From the NCBI RefSeq assembly GCF_009914755.1, contig NC_060926.1: a stretch of DNA of 64,000 nt. One strand, given 5' to 3'. Of the stretch, positions 12,683-28,824 are shown one piece after another. Numbering within the stretch: the first letter of the stretch is position 1; each line of letters opens with the position of its first letter. The stretch is from the human T2T-CHM13v2.0 reference genome, Homo sapiens. The translations under genes and the position numbers were made by a program. The notes under the pieces are model-generated. The model was not told the DNA's origin. It ran no database searches and was given only the letters and a program-made list of their open reading frames with translations.

Positions 12683-15056
12683 AAAAGAATCAAACAGAAA
12701 TTCTGGAGCTAAAAATGCAATTGGCATATTGAAGAATGCATCAGAATCTTTTCATAGCAGAATTGATCAAGCAGAAGAATTAGTGAGCTTGAAGACAAGC
12801 TATTTGAAAATATACAGTCAGAGGAGACAAAAGAAAAAAGAATCAAAAAGAATGAAGCATGCCTACAGGATCTAGAAAATAGCTTCAAAAGGGCAAATCT
12901 AAGAGTTATTGGTCTAAAGAGGACATAGAGAAAGAGAGAGGGGTGGAAAGTTTATTCAAAGGGCTAATAACAGAAAACTTCTCAAACCTAGAGAAACATA
13001 TCAATATTCAAGTACAAGAAGGTTATAGAACATTAAGCAGATTCAACCCAAAAGAGACTACCTCAAGGCATTTAATAATTAAACTCCCAAAGATCAAGGA
13101 TAAAGAAAGAATCCTAAAACAAGCAAGAGAAAAGAAACAAATAACGTACAATGGGGCTCCAATACATCTGGCAGCAGTCCTCACAGTAGAAACCTTACCT
13201 TACAGGCAAGGAGAGAATGGCTTGATATATTTAAAATGCTGAAGGAAAAATCTTTTACCTTAGAATAATATATCTAGTGAAAATATTATGCAAACATGGA
13301 AGAGAGAAATAAAGACTTTCCAAAATAAAAGCTGAGGAATTTCATCAACACCAGACCTGTCCTACAAGAAATGCTAAAGGGAATACTTCAATCAAAAAGA
13401 AAAGGACATTAATGAGCAGTAAGTAATCACTTATTAAGTAATAATAAGTAATATGAAGATACAAAACAAACTCGTAATAGTAAGTACACAGAAAAACACT
13501 AAATATTATAACACTAACTGCAGTGTGTACACTATTCTTGTCCTAAATAGAAAGACAAAACAACAAACCAATAAAAAATCATAACTATATCACAAAATTG
13601 GAAAATGGTGGATAGCAGACAGAACTAACATGCAGCTCCTGCTTGGAATGGACAGAACAGTGTGTGGAGACTCACACTGTGAGCTTTTGCTGCAAGAACT
13701 ACCATGGGAACATACCAGGAAAACTGAAAGAATTCACAGACCCTTTGAAAGAAGCAGTTTTACTGTTGCAAACTCTATGAGACAGCCAAAAAACTGTGAG
13801 TTCCCAAAGTGTGAGCAGGGAAAAGTTTGCCTCTGAACACACATCCCCACTGGGGAACCTGAAAATCCAGATCACAGGAGAAGGATTTAACCTTACCCAG
13901 AGCTGAAACAGATTTAGGATGCCAAGCAAAACATAAAAGTAGAAGAAGCAATGGGAAGAGCCCTGTAGACACTTCCACTGAACTGCCCATGTCAAGAGAG
14001 CTTGTACAGTGCATGGATAGCTGCCAGCCCCCGGGCCCTCATCCACCACCTCATCCAGTGGAGCTCATTCCCAGCTGTTGGGATAATGAATTTACATGAG
14101 CTGATAATGTAGACACGAATTCAGTCAGTGGCCAGGGGCACAGAAGTTAATAAATACCTCTCTAGTGAGGGCAGGAAGGTGTGCTCTCCCAGGTCCTCCT
14201 TCTCCCCTCTGCCCGGATGCCCCCAGGAACTCCACAGACACCTTGGCACCTGCCCTGGTCTCAGCGAGAGAACACCTCCATTGGGGAAAGACTCTCATCT
14301 GCCTCTCTAGGGAGGGCTGGAGGCCTTGTGCCGAGGCCTGGGGGAGCCCAGGGAAACCATTCCTGGCCTCATCTCACAGAGATTCTTCAGGAAGGGAGGG
14401 CAGCCAGTAGAACTGGGGAGGGGCCACAGGGTGAAGGAAGCTCCTAGCTGATCTTTGTTATAATTTTGGCTGAGTACGAATTTTCCTGTGCAGAAACGGG
14501 GTGGGGGGCAAATGGGAAGTGCACATACAATTGCAGAAGCTGCAGCTGAAGGGAAGGGCAGGCAGGGAAGGGAGGCCTGAGAGCCCTGCTTGCTTTCTCA
14601 GTGGGAAGGATTGTAGCCTGGGGAAAGATCTCAGCCCTGCTCAAAGGCTGCCTGGATATAAACTCAGTGCTGTTGGAGGGGCATGGCGGGAGTAAGAGTG
14701 GCCTTGCTGGCTGCATGAGAGCTGAGTGAGGCCCGTCACTGCCTGTTTTCCCCCGCTTCCCTGGTGACATGTATAATGCAGTAGAGGCACCCATAATCCC
14801 CCTAGGAACATAACACCATTGGCTTAAGAACCACCTCTCTGTCCTCCACAGTGGCTGCAGCAAGCCCTGCCCAAGGAGCATCAGACCTGCCCAATCCTGC
14901 GCCCCCACCCCACCCACCCTGCGCTCAATGGTTTTTCTCTACCCACCCTGGCAGCTGAAAACAAAAGACATAAACTCTTGGGAGCTCTATGGCCCCGCTC
15001 ATCACCTGAGAAACCCGAGTACTAATCCTGGCCAACACAGGGCAAGATTATATCCT

Positions 15057-16924
<1,868 letters not shown>

Positions 16925-17676
16925 AAGATTATATCTCCCTTCTACTACCGCAGATGGTGGTCTTTTGAAAGTGCCACCTCCTGGCTGGAGGCCATCCAAC
17001 TCAAGCCATTACAGCAACCCATAACAGAACAAACCTGATCCTAGGAAGGAGAAAACAACAGCTAATTCCACCACCTACAACACCCTGGCTAACCGGAAGT
17101 CCTGAGTCTGTCCATGTGACAGCTTCACTGCTAGCATAACCAGCATTTGAGAAAACGAGTGCACTAAACAAAACTAATACCAAGGACTCCCACAGAGTCC
17201 ACTTCACTCCCCTGACACCTCCACCAGAGCAGACACTGGCATTCACAGCTGAGAGACCTGAAGCTGGATCACATCACAGGACTCTTTGTAGACATTTTTC
17301 AGCACCAGCCCAGAGCCCAGTAGTCCCACTGGGTGGCTAGACCCAGAAAGGCAATAGCAATCACTCCAGTCCAGCTCTAAAGAGGCCCCATCCCTGGGGG
17401 ATAGGGTAGAGCACCACATCAAGGGATCATCTGTGGGACAAAATAATCTGAACAGCAGGCCTTCACTTCCAGATCTTTCCACTGACATAGTCTACTTAAA
17501 TCAGAAGGAACCAGAGATGACAAAACAAGATTCCATAACACCCCCAAAAGATCACACTAGCTGTCCAGCAATAGACCCAAACCAAGAATAAGTCTTTGAA
17601 TTACCAGATAAAGAATTTAGAATGTTAATTATCAAGCTACTCAAGGAGGCACCAGAGAAAAGTGAAAACCAATTTA

Positions 17677-18029
17677 ATGCAGCCATAAAAAATGATGAGT
17701 TCATGTCCTTTGTAGGGACATGGATGAAATTGGAAACCATCATTCTCAGTAAACTATCGCAAGGACAAAAAACCAAACACTGCATGTTCTCACTCATAGA
17801 TGGGAATTGAACAATGAGAACACATGGACACAGGAAGGGGAACATCACACTCTGGGGACTGTTGTGGGGTCGGGGGAGAGGGGAGGGATAGCATTCGGAG
17901 ATATACCTAATGCTAAATGACGAGTTAATGGGTGCAGCACACCAGCATGGCACATGTATACATATGTAACTAACCTGCACATTGTGCACATGTACCCTAA
18001 AACTTAAAGTATAATAATAATAAAAAAAA
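17677..18029 (+). mobile_element. Short L1PA (PA3-like) 3' end in L1PB ORF1
   Basis: Last ORF2 codons plus 3'UTR with GAG diagnostic (GCTAAATGACGAGTTAATGGG) and an A-tail. Confidence 0.88.
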
Positions 18030-20889
18030 GAAATTTTCAAAAAAATACAAAATATGGAGGAAAAATTCTTCAGAGAAATATATATCATAAAGAAAAGACA
18101 ATCACAACTTCTTGAAATAAAAGACACACTTAAAGACAGGCAAAATACACTGGAAAGGTTCAACAATAGACTCAAACAAGTGGAAAAAAGAACTTCAGAG
18201 CTCGAAGACAAGGCTTTTGAATTAACCCAATCTGACAAAAACAAAGAGCAAGAAAGAACTGAAACAATTAACAAAACCTCCAAGAAATTTTAGATTTGTT
18301 AAACAACCAAACATAAGAATAATTGGTGTTCTTTGTTCTTGAGGAAGAAGAGAAATCTAAAAGTTTGGAAAATTTATTTGAGGGAGCAATTGAGGAAAAC
18401 TTCCCTAATCTTCCTAGAGATCTAGACATCCAAATACAAGAAGTTCAAAGAACACCCAGGAAATTCATCGCAAAAAGATAATCACCAAGGAACATAGCCA
18501 CCACGTTATCTAAAGTCAAGATGAAGGAAAGAATCTTAACTGTGAGGCAAAATCATCAAGTAGTCTATAAAGAAAAACCTGTCAGATTAACAGCAGATTG
18601 ATAAGCAGAAACTCTGCAAGCCAGAAGGGATTGGGGTCCTATCTTTAGCCTCCTTAAACAAAATAACTATCAGCCAAGAATTTTGATTCCACTGAAACTA
18701 ATCTTCATAAATGAAGGAGAGATAAAGTCTTTTCCAAACAAATGCTGAGAGAATTTGCCACTACCAAGCCAGCACAGCACTAAAAGAAATGCTAAAAGAA
18801 ATTCTAAATATTGAAACAAAAACTCAAAATACACCAAAATAGAACCTCCTTAAAGCATAAATCTCACAGGGCCTATAAAATCATGACACAATGAAAAATA
18901 AAAAAGATATTCAGGCAACAACTAGCATGATGAACACAACAGTACCTCATATATCAAAACTAACGTTGAAGGCAAAGTGGTCTAAATGTTCCACTTAAAA
19001 AATACAGAATGACAGAATACATAAAATTCCACCAACCAAGTATCTGCTGTCTTTAAGAGACTCACCATACACATAAAGACTCACATAAACTTAAAGTAAA
19101 AGTGAGGGAAAAGACATTCCATGCAAATGGAAACCAAAAGCGAGCAGGATTAGCTATTCTTATATCAGACAAAACAGACTTTAAAACAATAACAGTTTAA
19201 AAAGACAAAGAAGGATGTTATATAATGACAAAAAGATTACTCTAACAGGAAAATATAACAATTCTAATTATATATGCACCTAACACTGGAGTTCCCAAAT
19301 TTATAAAACAATTACTACCAGACCTAAGAAATGAAATAGATAGCAACAGAGTAATAGTGGGGAACTTCAATAGAATACTCCACTGACAGCATTAGACAAG
19401 TCATCAAGACAGAAAGTCAACAAAAAAACAGTGGACTTAAACTATACCCTATAACAAATGGACTTAACAGGTATTTACAAACATTCTACCCAACCAATGC
19501 AGAATATACATTCTTTTCATCAGAACATGGAATATTCTCCAAGATAGATCATATGAGAGGCCACAAAACAAGTCTCAATAAATTTAAGACAATTGAAATT
19601 ATAGCAAGTACTCTGTCATACCGCAGTAGAATAAAATTGGAAATTAACTCCAAAAAGGAATGCTCAAAACTATACAAATACATGGAAATTCAATAATCTG
19701 CTCCTGAATAATTTTTGAGTCAATAATGAAATCAAAACGGAAATTTTTTAAATTCCTTGATCTGAAAGATAATAGTGACACAACCTATCGAAACCTCTGG
19801 GATACAGCAAAAGCAGTACTAAGAGGAAAGTTCATAGCATTAAATGCTTACATCAAAAAGTCTGAAAGACCACAAATAGACAACCTAAGCTCACACCTCA
19901 AAAAGCTACAGAAAATAGAACAAACAAAACCCAAACCCAGCAGAAGAAAATAAAAATATCAGTGCAAAACTAAATAAAACTGAAACAAAAAATCAATACA
20001 AAAGATAAATGAAACAAAAAGTTGATTCTTTGAAAAGATAAACAAAATTGATAGACCATTAGTGAAATTAACCAAGAAAAGAAGAGAGAAGATCCAAGCA
20101 AGCTCAATTAGAAATGAAATGGCAGATATCACAATGGACACCACAGAAATACAAAAGATCATTCAAGGCTACTATGAACACTTCTATGTGCATAAACTAA
20201 AAAACCTAAGGGGATGGATAAATTTCTGGCAATATACAACCCTCCCAGATTAAACCAGAAAGAAATAGAAACTCTGAACAGACAAATAACAAGTACTGAG
20301 ATTGAAACAGTGAGAAAAAGTTGCCAAGGGAAAAAAAAAATCCAGGACCAGATGGACTCACATGTGAATTCTGTCAGCATTCAAAGAAGAACTGGTGCCA
20401 ATCTTACTGAAACTATTCCAAAAGGAAGAGAAAGAGAGAGTCCTCCCTACATCATTTTATGAAGCCAGTATTACCCTATCACCAAGACCAGGAAAGGACA
20501 TAACAAATAAAGAAAACTACAAACTAATATTCCTGGTGAGCATAGATGCAAAAATCTTCAACAAAATACTAGCCAACAGAATCCAACAGCATATCAAAAA
20601 GATGATCCACCATAATCAAGTGGGTTTCATAGCTGGGACGCAGGGTTGGCTTAATATATGCAAGTCAATAAATGTGATGCACCACATAAACAAATTTATA
20701 AACAAAAATCATATTATCATCTCAAGAGAGGCAGAAAAAGCATTTGACAAAACCCAGCATCCCTTTATCATTAAAACCCTCAGCAAAATCAGCATAGAAG
20801 AGAGATACCTTAAGGTAATAAAAGCCATACATGAAAACCCAGAGCCAACAATATATTGATTGAGGAAGAGTTGAAAGCATTCTCCTGCA

Positions 20890-21466
<577 letters not shown>

Positions 21467-24400
21467 TCAAATTAAGAACATAACCCCTTTCAGAATAGCT
21501 GCAAAAAATAAAATAAAATACATAGAAATATACTGAACCAAGGACGTGAAAGACCTCTACAAGGAAAGCTATGAAATACTGCTGAAAGGAATCATAGGTG
21601 ACACAAATGAATGGAAACATAGCTCAAGCTCATGGATGGGTAGAATCAATATTGTGAAAGTGACCACCCTGCCAAAAGCAATCTACAAATTCAATGAAAT
21701 TCCCATCAAAATACCACCATCATTTTTTCACAGAATTTTTAAAAAATACTAAAATTAATATGGAACCAAAAAAGGGCCCACTCAACCAAAGCAAGACTAA
21801 ACCAAAAGAACAAGTCTGGAGGCATCACATTACACAACTTCAAACTATACTACAGTCATGGTACTGATTTAAAAACAGACACATAGACCAATGGAACAAA
21901 ATAGATAACTCAGAAATAAAGCCAAATACTTATAGCCAACTGATCTTTGACAAAGCAAACAGAAACAAAGTGGAGAAAGAACACCCTACTCAACAAATGG
22001 TGCTGGGATAATTGGCAAACCACATGTAGAAGAATGAAACTAGATCTGCATCTCTCACCTAATACAAATTCAACTGAAGATGGATCAAAAACTTAATTCA
22101 AAGATCAGAAACCATAAAAATTCTAGAAGATAAAATAAAAAAAAAACTCTTCTAGACATTGCCTTAGTCAAAGAGTTCATGAGTAAAAATCCAAAAACAA
22201 AGATAAATATATGGGACTTAAACTAAAAAGCTTCTGCATAGCAAAAGAAACAATCAGCAGAGTAAACAGGCAATGCAAAGAGTGGGAGAAAATCTTCACA
22301 ATCTATACATCCAACAAAGGACTGATATCCAGAAACTACAAGGAAATCAAACAAATCAACAAGAAAAAAACAATCTCATCAAAAAGTGGGCTAAGGACAT
22401 GATTAGACAATTTTCAAAAGAAAATACACAAATGGCCAAGAAACATATTAAAAAATACTCAACATCACTAATGATCAGGGAAATGCAAATCAAAACCACA
22501 ATGCAATACCACCTTACTCCAGCAAGATTGGCCATAATTTAAAAATCAAAAAATAATAGATGTTGGTGTGGATGTGGTAAAAAGGGAACACTTGTACACT
22601 GCTGGTGGGAATGTAAACTAGTATAACCACTGTGGAAAGCAGTATGGAGATTCCTTAAAGAACTAAAAGTAGAACTACCATTTGACCCAGCACTCCCACT
22701 ACTGGGTGTCTACCCAGAGGAAAAGAAATTATTATGGCAAAAAGATACTTGCACACACGTTTATAGCAGCACAATTCATAATTGCAAAAATATGAAACCA
22801 ACCTAAATGCCCATCAAGCAATGAATGGATAAAGAAAATGTGGTATATATACCATGGAATACTACTCCTCAATAAAAATGAATAAAATAATGGCATTCAC
22901 AGCAACCTGGATGTAGTTGGATACCATTATTTAAATGAAGTAACTCAGGAATGAAAAACCAAGCATTGTATGTTCTCACTTATAAGTAGGAGCTAAGCTA
23001 TAAGAATGCAAAGGCATAAGAATGATATAATGGGCTCTGGGGACTCGGTAGGAAAGGTGCAAGGGGGGTGAGAAATAAAAGACTACATAATGGGTGCAGT
23101 GTACCCTGCTTGGATGATGAGTGCATCAAAATCTCAGAAATCACCATTAAAGAACTTATCCATGTAATGAAACACCACCTGTTTTCCCAAAACTATAGAA
23201 ATAATAATAATAACTACAACAACTTTTCAAGACATAGTACAATAAGATAAAAACAAAAAAAAAGAAGGGAGAAAAATAACACATAGAGTTTCTATTAGTT
23301 TTATTTTTTTGCTTTCTTGTTTGTTTTTTAATGCAAATAATGTTGTTATCCGCTTAATATAATGGGTTATCTGGTAGTATTTGCAAGCCTCATGGTAACC
23401 TCACACCAAAAAACTTACAATAGATAAACAAAAAATAAAAAAACAAGAAACTAAATCATATCACCAGAGAAAATGATCCTTACTAAAGGAAGACAGGAAG
23501 GAAGGAAAGAAGGAAGAGAACACAAAACAAACAGGAAACAAATAAAAATATGGCAGATGTAAGTCCTTACTTATCAAGAATAACATTGAATATAAATTGA
23601 GTAAATTCTGCAATCAAAAGACATAAAGTAGCTGAATGGATGAAAAAACAAGATCCACTGATATGCTGCATACAAGAAACACACTTCACCTATACAGACA
23701 CAAATACATTGAAAATAAATGAATGGAAAAAGATATTCCATGCCAATGGAAACCAAAAAAGAGCAGAAGTGCTATACTTATATCAGACAAAGATTTCAAG
23801 GCAAAAATTCTAAGAGACAAAGATGGTCATTATATAATGATAAAGGGGTCAATTCAACAAGAGGATGTAACAATTGTAAATATACATGCACCCAACACTG
23901 GAACATCCAGATACATAAAGAAAATACTAGAGCAAAAGTGAGAGAGGTCCCAGAACAATAATAGCTGGAGACTTTAGCACCCCACTTTCAGCATTGAACA
24001 TATCTTCCAGACAGAAAATCAACCAAGAAATGTCAGACTTAATCTACACTATAGACCAAAAGAATCTAATACATATTTATGGAACATTTTATCCAATGGC
24101 TACAGAATATACTTTATTTTCCTCAGCACATGGATTATTCTCAAAATGGGCCATATGTTAGGTCACAAAACAAGCTTTAAAACCTTCAAAAAATGAAATA
24201 ATATCAAGCATTTTCTCTGACCACAATGTAATAAAACTAGAAATCAGTAACAAGAGGAATTTTGGAAACTATACAAATACGTGGAAATTAAACAACATGC
24301 TTCTGAATGAACAGTGGGCCAATGAAAAATTAAGAAGGAAGTTGAAACATTTCTTTAAGCAAATGATAATGAAAATATAAAATACTGAAACCTATGGGAT

Positions 24401-24583
24401 ATAGCAAAAGCAGTGTATTAAGAGGAAAGTTTATAGCTATAAGTGCCTACATCAAAACAGAGGAAAAACTTCAAATGAACAAACTAGAAAAGCAAGATCA
24501 AACCAAACCCAAAATTAGTATGAGAAAATAAATAATAAATATCAGAGCTGAAATAAATGAAATGAAGAAAACAATGTAAAAGA

Positions 24584-25375
24584 TTTTTTTCTTTTTTAAT
24601 TTTAAGTTCTGAGGTACATGAGCAGGTTTGTTACGTAGGTAAACTCTTATCCTGTGGGTTTGTTGTACGGATATTTAATCACCCGGGTATTAAGCCTACT
24701 ACCCATTAGTTATTTTTCCTGATCCTCTCCTTCTTCCCATCCTACACCTCAGGTAGGCCCCAGTGTCTGTTGTTCCCCTCTATGTGTTCATGTGTTCTCA
24801 TCACTTAGCTCCCACTGATAAGTGAGAACATACAGTATTTGGTTTTCTGTTCCTGCATTAGTTTGCTAAGTATAGTGGCCTCCAGCTCCACCCATGTTCT
24901 TGCACAGGATATGATCTTGTTCCTTTTTATGGCTACACAGTATCACATGGTATATATGTGCCACATTTTTTTATCCAGTCTGCCATTTGTGGGCATTTAA
25001 GTTAATTCCATGTTTTTTCTATTGTAAATACTGCTGCAATAAACACATGAGTGCACACGTCTTTACGATAGAATGATTTATATTCCTTTGGTAATACACC
25101 TAGTAGTAATGAAATTGTCAGGTCAAATGGTATTTTGGTTTCACCTCTTTGAGGAATCACTACACACTGCTTTCCACAAGCATTGAACTAATTTACATTC
25201 CCATCATCATTGTAAAAGTGTTCTGTTTTCTCTGCAACATAACCAGCATCTGTTATTTTTTGACTTTTTAGTCATAGCAATTCTGACTGGTGTGAGATGG
25301 TATCTCGTTTTGATTTGCATTTCCCTAATGATTGTGGATGTTGAGCTTTTTTTCATATGCTTGTTGGCCACATGT
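24584..25375 (-). mobile_element. 5'-truncated older L1PA in antisense orientation
   Basis: T-rich tail followed by reverse-complement 3'UTR and ORF2 end. No TSD. Confidence 0.85.
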
Positions 25376-25754
25376 ACCACCAAACTTTTAAAGAACAACT
25401 AATACCAGTCCTACTCAAATAGTTCTGAAAAATAGAGACTAGAATACTTCCAAATGCATTCTATGAGGCCAGTGTTACCCTGATAGCAAAACCAGACAAA
25501 TATGAATCAAAAAAAGAAATCTACAAGCCAATATCTCTAATGAATATTGATGCAAAAATTCTCAACAAAACACTAACAAGCCAAATTCAACAATACTTTA
25601 AAATAGCATTCATTATGACCAAGTGGGATTTCTTCCAGGGATGCAAGGATGGCTAAACATATGCAGTGTGATACATTATATCTACAGAATGAAGGACAAA
25701 AATGATATGATCATTTCAATTCATGCTAAAAAGGCATTTGATAAAACTCAATAT

Positions 25755-28700
25755 CACAACTAAAAGAACTAGAGAACCAAGAGGAAGCAAACCCCAAAGC
25801 TAGCAGAAGACAAGAAATAACCAAGATCAGACCTGAACTGAAGGAGACAGAGACATGAAAAATCCTTCAAAAAATCAACCAATCTAGAAGCTGGCTTTTT
25901 GAAAACATAATAAAATAAATAGGTCACTAGCTAACCTAATAAAGAAAAGAGAGAAGATTCAAAGGAACACAATCAAAAAATGGTAAGGGGGATATCTCCT
26001 ACCCCACAGAAATAAAAACAACCATCAGAGAATACTATAAACATCTCTATGCAATAAACTAGAAAATCTAGAAGAAATGGAAAAAGTCATGGACACATAC
26101 ACCCTTCCAAGACTGAACCAGAAGAAATTGAATCCCTGAATAGACCAAAAATGAGTTCTGAAACTTAAGCAGTAGTAAATAGCCTACCAACTAAAAAATG
26201 CCCAGGCCAGACAGATTCACAGCTTAATTCTACCAGAGGTACAAGGAAGACCTGGTACCATTTCTACTGAAATTGTTCCAAAAAATTGAAAAAGAGGGAC
26301 TCCTCCCTAACCCATTCTATGAGGCCAACATCATTCTGATACTAAAACCTGGCAGAGATACAACGAAAAAACTTCAGGCCAATATCCCTGCTGAGCACTG
26401 ATGCAAAACTCCTCAATAAAATACTGGTAAACTGAATCCAGCAGCACATCCAAAAGCTCATCCACCATAGTCAAGTAGGCTTCATCCCCAGTTGCAAGGT
26501 GAGTTCAACATATGCAAATCAATCAATGTGATTCATCACATAAACAGAATGAAAGACAAAAAACACAATTATTTCAATCGATGCAGAAAGGGCCTTCAAT
26601 AAAATTCAACATCCTTCATGTTAAAAACTCTCAGTAAACTAGGTATTGAAGGAACATACCTCAAAATAATAGGAGCCATATATGACAAATCCACAGCCAA
26701 TATCATACTGAATCGGCAAAAGCTGGAAGCATTCCCCTTGAAAAGCAACACAAGAAAAGGATGTCCTCTCTCACCACTCCTATTCAACATAGTATTGGAA
26801 GTTCTGGCCAGGGCAATCGGGCAAGAAAAAGAAATAAAGTGTATTCAAATAGGAAGAGAGGAACTCACTCACTTAAACTTTGTTTGCAGATGACATGATT
26901 CTATATTTAGAAAACCCCATTGTCTCAGCCCAAAAGCTTCTTAAGCTGATAGCAACTTCAGCAAAGTTTCAGGATACAAAAATCAATGTGCAAAAATCAC
27001 TAGCATTCCTATACACCAACAACAGGCAAGCAGAGAGTCAAATCATGACTGAACTCCCGTTCACAATTGCCACAAAAAGAATAAAATGCCTAGAAATACT
27101 GCTAACAAAGGAAGTGAAGGATCAAGGAGAATTACCAACCACTGCTCAAAGAAATAAGAGAGGACGCAAACAAATGGAAAAGCATTCCACGCTCATGGAT
27201 AGGAAGAATCAATATTGCGAAAATGGTCATACTGCCCAAAGTAATTTATACATTCAATGCTATTCCCATTAAACTACTATTGCCATTCTTCACAGAATTA
27301 GAAAAAACTATTTAAAAATTCATATGGAACCAAAAAAGAGCCTGAGTAGCCAAGATAATTCTAAGCAAAAAGAACAAAGCTGGCGATATCATGCTACCCA
27401 ACTTCAAACTATACTACAAGGCTACAGTAACCCAAACAACACAGTACTGGTGGAAGAACAGATACATGGAACAACCGAACAGAATAGAGAACCCAGAAAT
27501 AAGACCTCACACCTACAATCATCTGAACTTTGACAAAACTGACAAAAAAAAGAAAAACAGCAATGGGAATAGGATTTCCCATTTAGTAAATGGTGCTGGA
27601 AGAACTGGCTAGCCATATGCAAAGAATTGATACTGGACCCCTTCCTTACATCTGATACAAAAATTAACTCAAGATGGATTAAAGACTTAAATGTAAAACA
27701 CCAAAGTATAAAAACCCTAGAAAAAAACCTAGGAAATACCATTCAGGACATAGGTATGGGCAAACATTTCATGGTGAAGATGTCAAAACTAATTGCAACA
27801 AAAGCAAACATTGACAAATGTTATCTAATTAAACTAAAGAGTTTTTGCACAGCAAAAGAAACTATCATCAAAGTAAACAGACAACCTAGAGAATGGGAGA
27901 AAATTTTTTCAATCTATCCATCTGACAAAGGTCTAATATTCAGCATCTACAATGAACTTAAGCAAATTTACAAAAAATTAAAAGTGGGCAAAGGACATGA
28001 ACAGACACTTCTCAAAAGAAGACATACATGCTGTCAACATACATGTGGAAAAAAAAGCTTAATATCACTGATCATTAGAGAAATGCAAATAAAAACCACA
28101 GTGAGGTACCATCTCATGCCAGTCAGAATGGCTGTTATTAAGAAGTCAAAAAATAACAGAGGCTCAGGAGGAAAAGAAATGCTTTTACACTGTTGGTGGG
28201 AATGTAAATTAGTTCAACCATTGTGGAAGACAGTGTAGTAATTCCTCAAAGACCTAGAGGCAAAAATACCATTTGACCCAGTAATTCCATTACTGGATAT
28301 ATATCCAAAAGAATATAAATCATTCTTTTACAAAGATACAAGCATGTGTATGTACATTGCAGCACTATTCACAATAGCAAAGACATGGAATCAACCTAAA
28401 TACTCATCATTTATAGATTGGATAAAGAAAATGTGGTACATATACACCATGGAATACTATGCAGCCATAAAAAGGAATGAGACCATGTCGCATGCAAGGA
28501 CATGAATGGAGCTGGAAACCATTATCCTCAGCAAACTAACACAGGAACAGAAAAACAAATACCACATGCTCTCACTTACATGTGGGAACTGAATGATAAG
28601 AACACATGGACACACTGGAGGAAACAACATACACTGAGGCCTGTCAGAGGGTGTGGGGTGGAAAGAGAGAGCATCAGGAAGAATAGCTAATGGATTCTGG

Positions 28701-28824
28701 GCTTAATACCTAGGTGATGGGATGATCTGTGCAGCAAACCACCATGACACACATTTATCTATGTAAAAAACCTGCACATCCTATACATATATCCCTGAAC
28801 TTAAAATAAAATTGGAAATTTTTA
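25755..28824 (+). mobile_element. 5'-truncated L1PA (PA8-PA11-like), about 3.1 kb
   Basis: ORF2 RT-region remnants (26618-28238) and 3'UTR GGGCTTAATACCTAGGTGATGGG. Degenerate TSD AAAA(C/G)TCAAT(A/G)T at 25743-25754 and 28825-28836. Confidence 0.85.

Noticed and set aside
17552-18283. 243-aa hydrophobic minus-strand ORF
   Set aside because: Antisense reading across A-rich L1 ORF1 and an inserted L1 3'UTR. This is a known artefact class.
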